Origin: a virus
Lineage: Duplodnaviria; Caudoviricetes
IMG/VR virus record: IMGVR_UViG_3300025848_000064
Coordinates: 1-43,410 of that record
Length of the DNA stretch: 43,410 nt
Reading direction: 5' to 3' (one strand)
In this document: positions 1 through 8,210 of the stretch, piece by piece
Layout: each line of letters starts with the position of its first letter
Position numbering within the stretch: the first letter of the stretch is position 1
Program-made: the position numbers and the translations under genes
Notes under the pieces: generated by a model
What the model saw: the letters and a program-made list of their open reading frames with translations, nothing else
What the model was told of the DNA's origin: nothing
The model's database searches: none

Positions 1-33
1 AACGAGGACCAGCAGGAGTGGCAGATCCCATGA
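1..33 (+). CDS. 3' end of an upstream gene (NEDQQEWQIP*), possibly the C-terminus of the Fn3/fibre gene that runs off the other end of the window
   Basis: Frame 1 is open to TGA 31-33, which overlaps the next ATG at 30 (ATGA coupling). Confidence 0.45.
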   Translation, partial: NEDQQEWQIP

Positions 34-314
34 ATGACTACCACCTCCGCTTCCAAGACCGGCAGGAAATGCTGGACACCCTGGCCTCCATCGGGGTCCC
101 GGTGAACCCGAGCACCCAGACCTCCGTGGACGAGATCGGCCCCATCGTCCTTGAGCCAGCCATCATGGACGGGGACGAGGAGCTTGTCCCGCCAACGATC
201 GACCAGAGCCACCATGTCAACCTCCGCTGCCGGGAGCCGCTCACGGCCGGTCAGCTCGACGTCCTTGCGTCCTTCCTCGTCTATCCGGCGAACCCGGTGA
301 GGGTGTGGGGTTGA
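30..314 (+). CDS. Small conserved phage protein, probably fibre-associated
   Basis: MNDYHLRF...HVNLR...PANPVRVWG resembles small proteins I recall downstream of fibre/spike genes; ATG at 30 preferred over GTG at 18. Confidence 0.6.
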   Translation: MNDYHLRFQDRQEMLDTLASIGVPVNPSTQTSVDEIGPIVLEPAIMDGDEELVPPTIDQSHHVNLRCREPLTAGQLDVLASFLVYPANPVRVWG

Positions 315-526
315 GCCGCAACAAGAAGGCCCTGGAGTCCCTCCACGGCATCCTCATCGAGGAGCTGATCCAGCGCATCAAGGCGGGGACGGCAACGCCC
401 TCCGACCTCAACGTGGCCCGTCAGATGCTCCGTGACAACCAGATCGACTGCGCCGCCGTCGAGGGTGCGCCGATCCTCAAGCTCGCCGAGAACCTGCCCT
501 TCGACGACGAGGAAGAGGCCGCTTGA
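305..526 (+). CDS. Terminase small subunit (T7 gp18-like)
   Basis: LESLH..L..ELI.RIK.G.ATPSDLNVARQMLRDNQI...LAENLPF pattern; directly upstream of the large subunit; start may be TTG 311. Confidence 0.85.
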   Translation: MGLSRNKKALESLHGILIEELIQRIKAGTATPSDLNVARQMLRDNQIDCAAVEGAPILKLAENLPFDDEEEAA

Positions 527-2202
527 CGAGGAAGAAGGACCCGACGCAGGACTTCCGCAACGTCCTGTACATGGTCTGGAAGCACCTCAACCTGCCTGAC
601 CCGACGCCCCTCCAGTACGACATCGCGGCGTTCCTTGACAACGGCCCGAAGCGTTGCGTCATCCAGGCGTTCCGCGGCGTCGGCAAGAGCTGGATCACCT
701 CGGCCTACGTCCTCCACTGCCTGCGGAAGAACCCCGACACCAACATCCTGGTGGTCTCCGCAAGCAAGACCCGCGCCGACGACTTCACGACGTTCACCAA
801 GCGGCTGATCGAGGAGATGCCGCTCTTCCAGCACCTGAAGCCCAGGGAAGGGCAGCGCGACTCCAAGATCGCCTTCGACGTCGGTCCCGCCAAGGCCAGC
901 CATGCGCCCTCCGTCAAGAGCGTGGGCATCACGGGCCAGCTCACCGGCAGCCGCGCCGACCTGATCGTCCTGGACGACGTCGAGGTCCCCAACAACTCCG
1001 AGACGCAGGTCATGCGTGACAAGCTCGCGGAGTCCATCAAGGAGGCGGACGCGATCATCAAGCCCGAGGGGCGCATCGTCTTCCTGGGGACCCCCCAGTG
1101 CGAGGACTCGATCTACCGGCTGCTTGAGGACCGCGGCTACCAGACCCGTATCTGGCCCGCCGAGTACCCCAGCCAGCAGATGCTGGAGCAGTACGGCAGG
1201 CGCCTGACGCCCATGCTGGCGGACTCCTGGGACCAGACGAGGATCGGCGAGGCCACCGAGCCCACCCGCTTCTCCCTGGTTGACCTGGCCGAGCGAAGGC
1301 TGTCCTACGGCAACTCCGGCTACGCCCTCCAGTTCATGCTCAACACCTCGTTGAGCGACCAGGAGCGGTACCCGCTGAAGCTATCCGACCTCGTCGTCAT
1401 GGACTTCGACAACGAGCACGGGCCGGAGAAGGTCTTCTGGAGCGGCTCCCCCGAGAACGTCCTCTCCGACCTCCCCAACGTCGGCCTCCGCGGCGACCGC
1501 TTCCACCGCCCCTTCAGGGTGCAGGGGGACTACGTCAAGTGGCAGGGGGTCGTCATGACGATCGACCCCTCCGGCCGCGGCGAGGACGAGACCGGCTACG
1601 CCGTGGTCTCCAGCCTCAACGGCTGGATGTACGTCCTGGACTGCGGCGGGCTGCGCGGGGGCTACACCCCGGAGAACCTCCAGAAGCTGGCGGACGTCGC
1701 CAAGCGGTACAAGGCCAACGAGGTCCTCGTCGAGGCCAACTTCGGCGACGGCATGTTCAACAACCTGCTGCTGCCGTACCTGCGCGAGACCTACCCCGTC
1801 ACCCTGACGGAGGTCAAGCACAGCCAGCAGAAGGAGAAGCGCATCGCCGACGTCCTGGAGCCGGTCATGAACCAGCACCGGCTCGTGGTGCCCCCCAGGC
1901 TCGTCCGGGCCGACTACGACTCCGTCGGGGACGTCCCCAACGACAAGCAGGCCACCTACCGGCTGCTCTACCAGATGACCCGCCTCACCCGGGACCGGGG
2001 CTCCCTCCGCCACGACGACCGCCTGGACGCCCTGGCAATGGCCGTCCAGTACTGGAAGGACCACGCCTCCGCCGACGTAGAGGCCAACATCCTCGAACGC
2101 AAGGAGCGCCTCCTGGAGAAGGAGCTGGAGGACTTCGAGCGGAGCTGGAACAAGCTCTACCGCCCCCGCCACTCCCAGGGGTGGATCAGGCTTGGCCGTT
2201 AG
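523..2202 (+). CDS. Terminase large subunit (T7 gp19-like)
   Basis: Walker A IQAFRGVGKSW, GQLTGSRADLIVLDDVE, LGTPQ, nuclease motifs IDPSGRGEDETG and HDDRLDALA. Confidence 0.97.
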   Translation: MTRKKDPTQDFRNVLYMVWKHLNLPDPTPLQYDIAAFLDNGPKRCVIQAFRGVGKSWITSAYVLHCLRKNPDTNILVVSASKTRADDFTTFTKRLIEEMPLFQHLKPREGQRDSKIAFDVGPAKASHAPSVKSVGITGQLTGSRADLIVLDDVEVPNNSETQVMRDKLAESIKEADAIIKPEGRIVFLGTPQCEDSIYRLLEDRGYQTRIWPAEYPSQQMLEQYGRRLTPMLADSWDQTRIGEATEPTRFSLVDLAERRLSYGNSGYALQFMLNTSLSDQERYPLKLSDLVVMDFDNEHGPEKVFWSGSPENVLSDLPNVGLRGDRFHRPFRVQGDYVKWQGVVMTIDPSGRGEDETGYAVVSSLNGWMYVLDCGGLRGGYTPENLQKLADVAKRYKANEVLVEANFGDGMFNNLLLPYLRETYPVTLTEVKHSQQKEKRIADVLEPVMNQHRLVVPPRLVRADYDSVGDVPNDKQATYRLLYQMTRLTRDRGSLRHDDRLDALAMAVQYWKDHASADVEANILERKERLLEKELEDFERSWNKLYRPRHSQGWIRLGR

Positions 2203-2478
2203 CGGGGTTCTTGTGCCCTCTGGCGGCCTTTGACGCTTGGCAGGTACCTCCGGACGTCCAAAACTCGGACGCCTCCTGGAGCCTCCTAGGGGCCTTAGAA
2301 AGGAAACGATGGTTTCCCAGGCAGAAACGGCAGGAAAGGCCCAGGGATGACCTATGGAAAGGCATCGGCCTCTGGAGGCCATGCCGGAGCCACCAAGGCG
2401 GTCCTTGGGTAGACACACCAAGGACTAGGTTGAAATTGACGGTCGGGACACCAGGAATGGGGGAAGGGGGCAAAAGGG

Positions 2479-2498
2479 GTCTATAGGTGTCTATAGGT
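2479..2498 (+). repeat. Tandem GTCTATAGGT x2 in the post-terminase intergenic region
   Basis: Exact 10-bp tandem repeat containing a CTATAGG core. Confidence 0.7.
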
Positions 2499-2564
2499 CT
2501 GCCTTCCACCGCCTTCCTCCCTCCCTCTCCAGAGACACCCAAAGCCCTACGGAGACCCTGCTCG

Positions 2565-2849
2565 ATGTCCAACGCGAAGCCTGCTCGAAGCCGGTCCCTG
2601 ACCGTCAGGGGCAGCCGGTGGAAGGTCAGGTGGGTCAACACCCTGGCAGACAACTACGGCGTCTGCGACTACGGCAAGAGGGAGATCAGGATCGCCAAGG
2701 GCCAGCCCACGGCAGTCGAGCTCGACACCGTCGTCCACGAGCTCCTCCACGCAGCCCTCCCAGACCTCGACGAGCCCGCCATCGCGGAGACCGCGGAAGC
2801 CCTTGCGGCCGCCCTGGTCAAGCTCGGGTTCGTCAAGGACCGTCCGTAA
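2565..2849 (+). CDS. Small zincin-like metallopeptidase (HExxH), 94 aa
   Basis: YGVCDYGKREIRI...DTVVHELLHA; genome-typical codon usage from ATG 2565. Confidence 0.65.
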   Translation: MSNAKPARSRSLTVRGSRWKVRWVNTLADNYGVCDYGKREIRIAKGQPTAVELDTVVHELLHAALPDLDEPAIAETAEALAAALVKLGFVKDRP

Positions 2850-2989
2850 ACGATCCGAAACCAAGCCACTGGTCCCCCGAGGGGTGGGCGTAAGCGCCCG
2901 AACGATGGTCCAACAATGGCCTAGCCAGCCATACGACGCCGTGAGGGCTCCGGCAATGGGGGTGTCAGTCCCCTTCGGCCCCTCCGGGA

Positions 2990-3160
2990 CCGGTCTCAAG
3001 GTTTTTGCACAAAACTGTGAGAGGGTGGGGGTGGAGCGCAGCCGCGGGTTTCCCCCCGCACCCCCGCCCGAACGCGCCCGAATCACGCTCATGTCACGCG
3101 AACGTGACACACACGCGCAAATACGCCTGCAAATCACGCATACGCACGGGATTGGCAATC
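2990..3160. other. Probable physical genome end / terminal repeat region
   Basis: Non-coding; lies between terminase and the first early promoter as in T7; TTTTGCACAAAA, C-runs, short CACGC/GCCCGAA repeats, palindrome TGTCACG-CGAA-CGTGACA at 3092-3109. Confidence 0.4.
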
Positions 3161-3309
3161 CTGCGCTCGCCCGCGCACCTGCATCAGAACAGCCTCGCGC
3201 CCAAGCCTCAACGCTTTCAGCGTTGGGGCCTATTTGCTCAAAACGCCACAGCACGCTCGCGTGAGTCAAGGCGAATCGAGGCAAGGCAGCCGGTTGTCAC
3301 GGCAAATCC

Positions 3310-3398
3310 AAAAAAATCTATCCCTACGGGATACGGTGCCAATCGGCGACGATTCGGCGATGCCAGCCATTGACAAGCGGCCCGGCATCGGCGACCAT
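3310..3398 (+). promoter_or_regulatory. Early host-RNAP promoter 1
   Basis: A7 tract, TATCCC-TAC-GGGATA (3319-3333), TTGACA 3370-3375, 17 bp, GACCAT 3393-3398. Confidence 0.6.
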
Positions 3399-3471
3399 TG
3401 AAAGCGCCGAGGCAACGTCGCCAAACGGCACTTATCACCCGATGCCAACGTAGTTGGCAGGAGCAGCGAGT

Positions 3472-4749
3472 ATGCGTATCACCCGATGGAATGCCCGCAT
3501 GACATGGACGGAGCGAGCCGATGTCGGCACCGACAGCAACCGGATGATCCTTCGGATCTACGACGTTCCCGGCGCCGCCAAGTCGGAGACTTGCTTCGTC
3601 TACCTTGCCGAAGGCAACCCCACGTTCATCAAGGGCGATGGCAGCCCCATGCGTTGGGACCTTCGGTCCAAGATTGCCCCGCTGTTTGACGGGCTTGCCA
3701 TGTTCCAGTCCCGGTTCGCCACGGCCGGAGCCTATGAGGCTCCCCGTTCCCCGATCGCCGGGATGGTTTCGGCTGTCCCGACGGCGGCTCCTGCGGTCTC
3801 CGGAGGAGACCTGGCATCTGTGCTTGGCGGTGCGATGGCGTCCTCGGTCATGCCCCTTGTGGAGGCGAAGATCGAGGAGGCGATGCAGAGCATCGAAGAC
3901 CGTGTCAAGGACGTTGTCGCCGATGCCGCGAAGCGGCCCGTTGTCATCACGCTGCCTTCCGTTCCGGAAGTGAGGCTTGACGGCACCGAACACTCCCGGT
4001 TCAAGGACATGGTCATCCTGACCATGACACAGCCGTGCAAGGACAGGAACGTGCTCCTGTACGGTGAGCGTGGCTCCGGCAAGTCAACCGCTGCGAAGCA
4101 GTTCGCCGCGAAGATGGGTCTCCCCTTCGGGGCAGTTTCGTTCTCCGCAGGGGCATCGGAGTCGCTCTTCACGGGGCGCTTCCTGCCCTCCGAAGGAGGG
4201 GCGTTCAAGTGGCGGCCGACGCCGTTCACCCGGCTCTACACCGAAGGTGGCGTCTTCTGCCTTGACGAACTCGACAAGGCGGACCCGCAGGTGGCTACGG
4301 CCCTGAACATGGCGCTTGCCAACGGCGAGATCGTCACCACCGAAGGTGAGGTCCTGAAGCGCCACGAGCAGTTCATCGCGGTTGGCGGAGCCAATTCGCT
4401 CAAGTTCTCGAAGGTGTATGCGGCGGCACAGCCGCAGGACGGCTCCCTGCTTGACCGCTTCGTCAAGGTCGAATGGAACCTGTGCCCCACGTTGCTTCGC
4501 AACGTCCTCAACTCCATCTGCGGCATTGACAAGGCGAATCGGATCCTCCGGATCCGTGATGCCGTGAACGCTGTCCTGAAGGACAAGCGTTTCAGCGAGT
4601 GGGACGTCGGCATGAGGCTGGCGCAGCGCATGGCATATGTGGCTGCGGCGGACATGAACCCGGTCGATCTCGTGCTCCGTGATGAGGTGAAGGCGATGGC
4701 GAGCCAGTACGAGGGGGACGTACTGGCCGCCGCGGCGGGCTGTCGGTGA
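3472..4749 (+). CDS. MoxR/CobS/CbbQ-type AAA+ ATPase
   Basis: Walker A LLYGERGSGKS, Walker B VFCLDELDKADP, sensor ANS, LLDRF arginine finger; ATG 3472 follows GGAGCAGCGAGT. Confidence 0.88.
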   Translation: MRITRWNARMTWTERADVGTDSNRMILRIYDVPGAAKSETCFVYLAEGNPTFIKGDGSPMRWDLRSKIAPLFDGLAMFQSRFATAGAYEAPRSPIAGMVSAVPTAAPAVSGGDLASVLGGAMASSVMPLVEAKIEEAMQSIEDRVKDVVADAAKRPVVITLPSVPEVRLDGTEHSRFKDMVILTMTQPCKDRNVLLYGERGSGKSTAAKQFAAKMGLPFGAVSFSAGASESLFTGRFLPSEGGAFKWRPTPFTRLYTEGGVFCLDELDKADPQVATALNMALANGEIVTTEGEVLKRHEQFIAVGGANSLKFSKVYAAAQPQDGSLLDRFVKVEWNLCPTLLRNVLNSICGIDKANRILRIRDAVNAVLKDKRFSEWDVGMRLAQRMAYVAAADMNPVDLVLRDEVKAMASQYEGDVLAAAAGCR

Positions 4750-4833
4750 AAAAACTCCCCTACGGGGAGGAAACTCCCCGGCGGGGATTCTTGGCGGAAA
4801 CATGTTGACATTCGGCAGCGGTTGCCGGATGAT
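4749..4833 (+). promoter_or_regulatory. Early host-RNAP promoter 2
   Basis: A6 tract, CTCCCC-TAC-GGGGAG (4755-4769), TTGACA 4805-4810, 17 bp, GATGAT 4828-4833. Confidence 0.7.
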
Positions 4834-4871
4834 GGGATGCGAAAGGCGGCGAGTGCCGCAGAAAGGCGAGT

Positions 4872-5750
4872 ATGCGCTACACGACTGACAAGCACGGAGA
4901 CACGACCGTCTACACGTTTGCGAACCTTGCCGATGCCGTTGCAACGGCGGTCGAAGCGGAGCGCGACGGCGTCACGGGTCCCAACGCCAATGCGGCCAAG
5001 CGGCTGCGTGACAGGCTCGACGGCTACCGTGGCGCCACGGAGTGGGCCGACGGCATGGGATGGGACGATGCCGTGGCGTCGATTGCCGCTCCTCCGGAGT
5101 GGAAGCGCGAGGCCCTGTCCCGTTTCGACTGCGGCCAGTACGGCGCCCCGCTTGCCCCGGCTCCCCGCCGCAAGGTTGTCAAGCGGCTCGACGATGGCGA
5201 TGCCATCGACGCCGTGCGCTACGCCACCGAGTTCACGGTGGAGGGCGTGTGGAGCAAGCGGATGCGGGCCCGTGTGGTGCGTCCGGTGGTCCGTGTGCTC
5301 CTGAACAGCGGTGCGTTGGGGCATGTCACGGCGACGGAGATGGCCCGGAACGCGGCGGCAAGCCTCGCGTTCATCCGGATCGCCGAGGACTCCGGCTACG
5401 CCGTCGAAGCGGACTGGGGTTCGCACTTCCAAGTCGGCTGCTCCGGAACGTATGCCATCCGGGTCCGTGTCAAGGAGGTCGGCGAGGCGATCGACTGGAC
5501 CACGCTTGCGGCCCTGTGCGTCGGCGGCGGCGTCCACCGCAGCGTGGGGTGGATGCTGCGGAACGTGTGCCTTCCCGTGTCCCACGGCGACTACGGGGCG
5601 AGCAAGCAGCAGTGGTACCGCGACGGCGAGTACGACGCCGTGTCCAAGGGGTGGATGAACAGCGACGGGGAGGCGCAGCGGTGGCTTGCGGATGCCTGCG
5701 ACCGCCTGTCCCTGCTTGCCAACGCAGGCCGCGAAGCGGTGGCGGCGTGA
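4872..5750 (+). CDS. vWA-like partner of the AAA+ ATPase (CobT-like), degenerate MIDAS
   Basis: DDGDAIDA, VRVLLNSGALGHVTA, AEDSGYAVE, VRVKEVGEAID pattern; adjacent to a MoxR-type ATPase. Confidence 0.6.
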   Translation: MRYTTDKHGDTTVYTFANLADAVATAVEAERDGVTGPNANAAKRLRDRLDGYRGATEWADGMGWDDAVASIAAPPEWKREALSRFDCGQYGAPLAPAPRRKVVKRLDDGDAIDAVRYATEFTVEGVWSKRMRARVVRPVVRVLLNSGALGHVTATEMARNAAASLAFIRIAEDSGYAVEADWGSHFQVGCSGTYAIRVRVKEVGEAIDWTTLAALCVGGGVHRSVGWMLRNVCLPVSHGDYGASKQQWYRDGEYDAVSKGWMNSDGEAQRWLADACDRLSLLANAGREAVAA

Positions 5751-5752
5751 CA

Positions 5753-5799
5753 CGGGTCGGGTGCCCCGTCCGAGGGTGACGGGCGGGGCGCCCATCCCG
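5753..5799 (+). promoter_or_regulatory. Long GC hairpin with internal loops; possible RNase III-type processing site or terminator
   Basis: GGGTGCCCC..GTC / GAC..GGGGCGCCC pairing in an intergenic position. Confidence 0.4.
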
Positions 5800-5826
5800 C
5801 TTCATGCGGAGAAAGCGAGTGAGCAC

Positions 5827-5967
5827 ATGGATGACAAGACGCAAGCGGAGGCTGACATGGACGCGAACGACCCGATTCTTGCCGCCATCGACGCGGAACT
5901 GGAGTACCTCGCAAGCATGATCGCATACCTCGAACGCCGCGACGGCGTGACGAAGGGAGGCGATTGA
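5827..5967 (+). CDS. Small acidic hypothetical protein (46 aa)
   Basis: MDDKTQAEADMDANDPILAAIDAELEYL...; preceded by GAGAAAGCGAGT. Confidence 0.55.
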   Translation: MDDKTQAEADMDANDPILAAIDAELEYLASMIAYLERRDGVTKGGD

Positions 5968-5968
5968 C

Positions 5969-6253
5969 ATGAAGACTCCCGAGTACCTGGCTCACGCAGC
6001 CCGTGACCGCGTTGCCAATGCCTGCCGGTTCCTGCGCTGTCATGCAGGCACCAGCGAGGAGGCGTGGCGCGAGTACTGGGGCGCCGGTGAGGCGCTTGCC
6101 TACGTCATGCGGTGCGAGATCGTTCCCGCCGACGAGTGCATGGCCCTGCTTGAAGGCATGGACGCGGCGCTTGACGAGGGCCTGAACAGGATGCGGCGGA
6201 AAAAAAGTTCCCCTACGGGGAAGGCGACAGACTTTCGGAAAAATGCCGCATGA
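5969..6253 (+). CDS. Hypothetical early protein
   Basis: SD GGGAGG upstream; its 3' end overlaps promoter 3. Confidence 0.6.
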   Translation: MKTPEYLAHAARDRVANACRFLRCHAGTSEEAWREYWGAGEALAYVMRCEIVPADECMALLEGMDAALDEGLNRMRRKKSSPTGKATDFRKNAA

Positions 6254-6286
6254 GGGGTTGACGAACGGCGACGAATGCCCGATGAT
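6200..6286 (+). promoter_or_regulatory. Early host-RNAP promoter 3
   Basis: A7 tract, TTCCCC-TAC-GGGGAA (6208-6222), TTGACG 6258-6263, 17 bp, GATGAT 6281-6286. Confidence 0.7.
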
Positions 6287-6331
6287 GGTTGCACACAAGC
6301 GGCGAAGTGCCGCAGAAAGCGAGTAGCGAGT

Positions 6332-6559
6332 ATGAGAGCGAGTTCATGCATGGTGAGCGATGCGCTTCAGCGCATGAGGGAGGTGCACGACAGCGGGCAT
6401 TGGCGTGTCCATACGGACGCCACGCTCGTGGGAATGGTCGCGTTCATGGAGAGCGTGGACCCGTCCATGCTCCTGCCCGACGAGCGTGACTTCGTGACCG
6501 GGTTCATGGCCGTGCTGTGTGAGCATCAGGACGAGCAGGCGAAGGGAGGTGCAGCGTGA
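6332..6559 (+). CDS. Hypothetical early protein
   Basis: ATG 6332 after GCGAGTAGCGAGT (alternative ATG 6350); ends KGGAA. Confidence 0.6.
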   Translation: MRASSCMVSDALQRMREVHDSGHWRVHTDATLVGMVAFMESVDPSMLLPDERDFVTGFMAVLCEHQDEQAKGGAA

Positions 6560-6744
6560 ACACAAGCAACAGGCCGGGCCCCGAGGCTGACGTACTGGAC
6601 CAAGCCGCCTACTGGGGCTGCTACATGGAGCAGATCGGTACGCCGTCGGGCTACACGCTGACAACACACATCATGCCGCTTGTGCAGCGGCTTGCCGCAG
6701 AGGTCGCATCACATCGCAACAGCAAGAACGGAGGTGCAGCGTGA
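6556..6744 (+). CDS. Hypothetical early protein
   Basis: SD GGGAGGT, GTGA start/stop overlap. Confidence 0.6.
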   Translation: MNTSNRPGPEADVLDQAAYWGCYMEQIGTPSGYTLTTHIMPLVQRLAAEVASHRNSKNGGAA

Positions 6745-6968
6745 GGATCGAAGCAGACATTGACATGGACGAACTGGCGGAGGCCGTCGCAGGCCACATC
6801 GACGTTTCGGACTTGGCGCAGCAGGTGGCGGACAACATGGACGCCGAGCAGGTGGCTGCGGAAGTTCCGTTGGACCGGATTGTCGATGCCGTCATCGAAG
6901 CGATGGACATGGACGAACTGGCCCGTGCCCTGCTGCGGGCTATGGCCGAGCAGAAGGGAGGTGCGTGA
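6741..6968 (+). CDS. Very acidic helical-repeat protein (75 aa)
   Basis: 19 D/E versus 5 K/R; DMDELA motif twice; SD GGAGGT. Confidence 0.7.
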   Translation: MRIEADIDMDELAEAVAGHIDVSDLAQQVADNMDAEQVAAEVPLDRIVDAVIEAMDMDELARALLRAMAEQKGGA

Positions 6969-7192
6969 TGCCACGAGTGGTCATGTACTTGGAGGTGCCC
7001 GAGGGCAAGAACGCGGGAGGCGAAACGAGGTTCGACCTGCTGTGCGACACGTTGCAGGAACTGGTCGAGTCCGACGGGCTCGACGGCTACTTCACGCTGA
7101 CGTTCAACGGCGAGGCGTGGACGCAGGACCGGGGCGAACTTGCGGCGCTTGCGGACAAGACCGAGGCGGCGCAGAAGGAGGTGGGAGCGTGA
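6965..7192 (+). CDS. Hypothetical early protein
   Basis: SD GGGAGGT, coupled start. Confidence 0.65.
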   Translation: MMPRVVMYLEVPEGKNAGGETRFDLLCDTLQELVESDGLDGYFTLTFNGEAWTQDRGELAALADKTEAAQKEVGA

Positions 7193-7539
7193 GCAGGCCC
7201 ATTGACAAGGTCATCGGCACGATGGACTGGGACGAGTTCGCTCGTCGCTACCAGCCCGTGCCCGGCGGCGAGTTCTACGAGGTGTGCACGAGCCGCGCCG
7301 TCGGTCCGGAGGACAGCCTGTGCTACGGACGCAACGAGTTCCCCCGTGGCGTTCCCGAGGAGCGCGTGTGGGAGGTCCTTGTCACGCCCGACGATCAGAC
7401 CGGAAGCACGATGCTCATCTACCCGTACCAATGCAGGTGGGCGATCAACGCGGTGGAGAGCGGGTGCGACCGCATCGGGTTCATGCTCACGGAGCAGCCG
7501 CACGGGTTCGCAAACATCGAAGTGGAGGATCGGCCATGA
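7189..7539 (+). CDS. Hypothetical early protein
   Basis: GTG 7189 overlaps the upstream TGA; SD AAGGAGGT. Confidence 0.6.
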   Translation: MSRPIDKVIGTMDWDEFARRYQPVPGGEFYEVCTSRAVGPEDSLCYGRNEFPRGVPEERVWEVLVTPDDQTGSTMLIYPYQCRWAINAVESGCDRIGFMLTEQPHGFANIEVEDRP

Positions 7540-7778
7540 CATGGGCAGTAAACGTTGAGTTCGACACGGGCGACGAGCCAATCTATTTCCCGGTCCGGAC
7601 ATACCTGTTCGCCACCGAGAAGGCGGCGCGTGAGTTCGCCGCTCACGCTGATCTTGCGGAGGGCACGACGAACGTGTCGGTGTGCGACGTTGTGCCGGTG
7701 CGGACCGGGCTCAAATCAGCCAAGCGCGATCTTGCGGCATGGATCAAGGAGCAACGTAACGACGAGGAGGAAGAATGA
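7536..7778 (+). CDS. Hypothetical early protein
   Basis: ATGA overlap; SD GGAGG. Confidence 0.65.
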   Translation: MTWAVNVEFDTGDEPIYFPVRTYLFATEKAAREFAAHADLAEGTTNVSVCDVVPVRTGLKSAKRDLAAWIKEQRNDEEEE

Positions 7779-7942
7779 GAAAGATCAAGGGCATGGACAT
7801 CGTCATCGTCGTCAAGTTCCCCGGCATCACGGACTTGGACGGGCAGGACGCAGAGAACGCGGTCTGCGAGGTCACGGAGGCCATGATGGGCACGGGGCTT
7901 GACTGGACCATCGAAGAAATCTTCGGAAGCGAGGAGGCATGA
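7775..7942 (+). CDS. Small acidic hypothetical protein (55 aa, absent from the ORF track)
   Basis: MRKIKGMDIVIVVKFPGITDLDGQDAENAVCEVTEAMMGTGLDWTIEEIFGSEEA*; ATGA overlap; SD GAGGAGG. Confidence 0.65.
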   Translation: MRKIKGMDIVIVVKFPGITDLDGQDAENAVCEVTEAMMGTGLDWTIEEIFGSEEA

Positions 7943-7943
7943 C

Positions 7944-8210
7944 ATGGTGAGCATGTACGACGCGATCCGCACCGGCGTGGTCCCGCCCCACGGCATGGGC
8001 ACGGTGGTGCAGAGCAAGACGTTCCGCACGGTGAACGTGTGGAAGTACGAGCAGAAGGACAAGCCCACGATGTGGTGGGTGCTTGAGTCGATTGACAACG
8101 GCCGGATCGAGAACGTGTACCCGTGTGGGTCGCTCGACGAGGCCCAGGAGTGCTACGCAGGACTGGTGAACCCCAACAAGGAAGCGAGTGAACTGAATGG
8201 AACGGTCTAA
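7944..8210 (+). CDS. Hypothetical early protein
   Basis: SD GAGGAGG, ATG 7944. Confidence 0.65.
   Translation: MVSMYDAIRTGVVPPHGMGTVVQSKTFRTVNVWKYEQKDKPTMWWVLESIDNGRIENVYPCGSLDEAQECYAGLVNPNKEASELNGTV

Noticed and set aside
3472-5750. Cobalamin biosynthesis auxiliary genes (cobS/cobT)
   Set aside because: Only generic MoxR-type similarity; no cobN or other pathway genes
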